Of a stretch of 64,000 nt of DNA, positions 62,011 through 64,000 are shown piece by piece. Position 1 is the first letter of the stretch; every line of letters begins with the position of its first letter. Location of the stretch: NCBI RefSeq assembly GCF_000150275.1, contig NW_002060945.1:4823397-4887396 (forward strand). The letters are read 5' to 3'. Made by a program: the position numbers and the translations under genes. This stretch comes from Trichoplax adhaerens. Its lineage: Eukaryota > Animalia > Placozoa. The notes under the pieces are model-generated. The model was not told where the DNA came from. It did not search any database and worked only from the letters and a program-made list of their open reading frames with translations.

Positions 62011-64000
62011 TTAATCCTTTTTACTTTTTGACTGTCGTCTACAACATTTACGACAAATAAACTGAAATATCTTAAAAATAATGTATACTATAGATAAAAT
62101 AACAAAACAAACGTCGATTAAGTAGTATTGTATAAAATTGAGATTATATTTCTCTACTCTTAAATGTTTAGCACCATTGCTAATTAATACGTAGTCGATC
62201 CAATCTGCTGCTGTCTGTAAAGGTGTTCTAGGACGACTCTTAATTACCACCGATAGTTCCTTCATTTTCCGACTATATCTACATGAAGATAATGAATCAT
62301 AGTTTTTAGTTTTTAACTAACAAAAATATTGTTAATAAGCTAATAAAAATTTCTATTATAATTCAATCCATAAATAATTACATAATAAATCACACTTAAC
62401 AATGCTTATCATAAATGCTTACCGATCGTCTGTAACGACTGTTTTAATAGCATTTATAACTCCATCGACAGTCAAATTACCAGTATTTAATCCGACTGCT
62501 ACTCCTCTTCGTAACAGTTGCTGTAAATTATCGGGTTGATCACCAAATACTGGCATACCAATAACTGGAACGCCATGATACGCAGCTTCGTACATGCTAT
62601 TATGACCACAATGTGTTACGAAAGCGACAACATTGTTATGACCAAGTAAATCATTTTGAGGAAACCATTTGACGATTTTAACGTTTTTACCAGTTTTTAA
62701 ATCAACATTCTTACTTTTCCATAAGATCTTATAGGGTAGTTTATTGAAAGCTTCAAGCAATATAGCAATTTTTTCGTCAGATAGACTGTCTAATATAGTA
62801 CCAAATGATACCAGGACGACTTGAGGCGATTCGTTAACAAACTTTCAAGANNNNNNNNNNNNNNNNNNNNNNNNNNNNNNNNNNNNNNNNNNNNNNNNNN
62901 CATGATCAAATTGCAGCTTCATAAGTTCGTTGAAGCCCTCGATTAACTTATTTTCTCTCAGATATTTAACTGATATTTCGTGTTCATCAAGTGGTTTCGA
63001 AACCGTATAAATATCTACAGGAGTTTTCATATTAGGTAAAATATTCACTTTTTCCACCACCATGGTAACCTAATCACATTGGATATATACGTATATATTG
63101 TATAAATTAGAGTTAATGTAGATAAATTATTAATTATTTAAGTGCTAACAATGCCAAGAAGCACGCGTATACTTCTTCAATACTAACTATAATTATATCA
63201 TCATCAACATTTTTTTATTGCTACTACTTCACATGTTATATTATTTATTCCAGCAATCGCAATGAGCAGAGATAGAAGCACACGAATGTACAGCAATACC
63301 ATTGTATGCATATAATTGTATGTCTTGTGTATGATTTTTAGTGTAATTGTGCATCAAAATATGGACATAAGTCTATCATCATAAGGAACTAGAGATTTTT
63401 TAAGAATACATTTGCGGCCTATCAATTAATTGATTAATTAATTAATTAATTTTACATTAATGACTGCAGAGTACGCTTATAAATTGCAACCCTAATACCG
63501 TAGTACCTCACTATAAATTACTCGAAAGTTGCCATAATTGTAGATATTATATTGTCGCGTTCAAAATGTACACGAAGAAATTAATAGACCGACGAAGAAG
63601 TAACAAGTTTACTGCATTTAATGCACTACAGGATTAACAATGCCGACCCTCCCCTATCGATGCTCAATAATAATTAATTATAATAGATTTGGTTGCTATT
63701 TACTGCACATTCTGAGCTAATTCTATATAAATTATAAATTGTATAGAAATAGCTGATAAAGTAAAGGAAACATTTTTACCATGGTACAGTGTTGCGGTAA
63801 TAAAAAAAATAGCACGATCTCTAATTAATTAACAAATTGTAGGTAGGTAATTATTTAAGTAGCTGTTAAACAGTGTATCTAGTCTAAATTACTGTCATTG
63901 TTGTTTTACCTCATGACCTCGTCGTATTAATTCCTCTGATAGCAAATCGAACGCTAAAACATGGCTTTTACCATACATTGGTGCGACAACAATTTTAGCA
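62011..64000 (-). CDS. UDP-glucuronosyl/glycosyltransferase (GT1); 5' end beyond the window, middle lost in assembly gap
   Basis: AKIVVAPMYGKSH...EELIRRGHE-VTMV (63910-64000 and 63069 downwards), VVLVSFGT, signature WFPQNDLLGH..FVTHCGHNSMYEAAYHGVPVIGMPVFGDQ, QYYLIDV plus a TM segment, and dilysine ER tail KSKKD*. Confidence 0.93.
62851..62900. other. Assembly gap (50 N)
   Basis: Run of N characters. Confidence 1.

Overview
Eukaryotic, AT-rich, gene-dense and intron-rich animal DNA. The compact short-intron architecture suggests a placozoan such as Trichoplax (inference, not proven). The ORF track is mostly exon fragments and noise, so genes were assembled by hand across splice sites. Recognisable multi-exon genes, in order: P4-ATPase flippase (ATP8B-like, 5' end outside the window), CFAP53, SNX1/2, PRRC1, MSTO1, POLR3G/GL, LYSMD3/4, PTS, TIMM44, PGPEP1, SNX27 and a UDP-glycosyltransferase (runs off the end and spans an N gap). 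Two small minus-strand genes are largely invisible in the ORF track: an NDUFC2-like gene and a 9-exon orphan. Main highlights: (1) the SNX27 ends in an SNX17-type IGDGDL* tail, and its first intron holds a promoter-like block with an in-frame alternative first exon that would remove the PDZ domain; (2) a U12-type intron with AT-AA termini in the flippase; (3) (TACAG)n/(CTGTA)n clusters mark the divergent promoters; (4) RFX X-boxes lie upstream of the ciliary gene CFAP53; (5) gene content matches one vertebrate paralogon. No tRNA, rRNA, CRISPR or autonomous transposon was seen.
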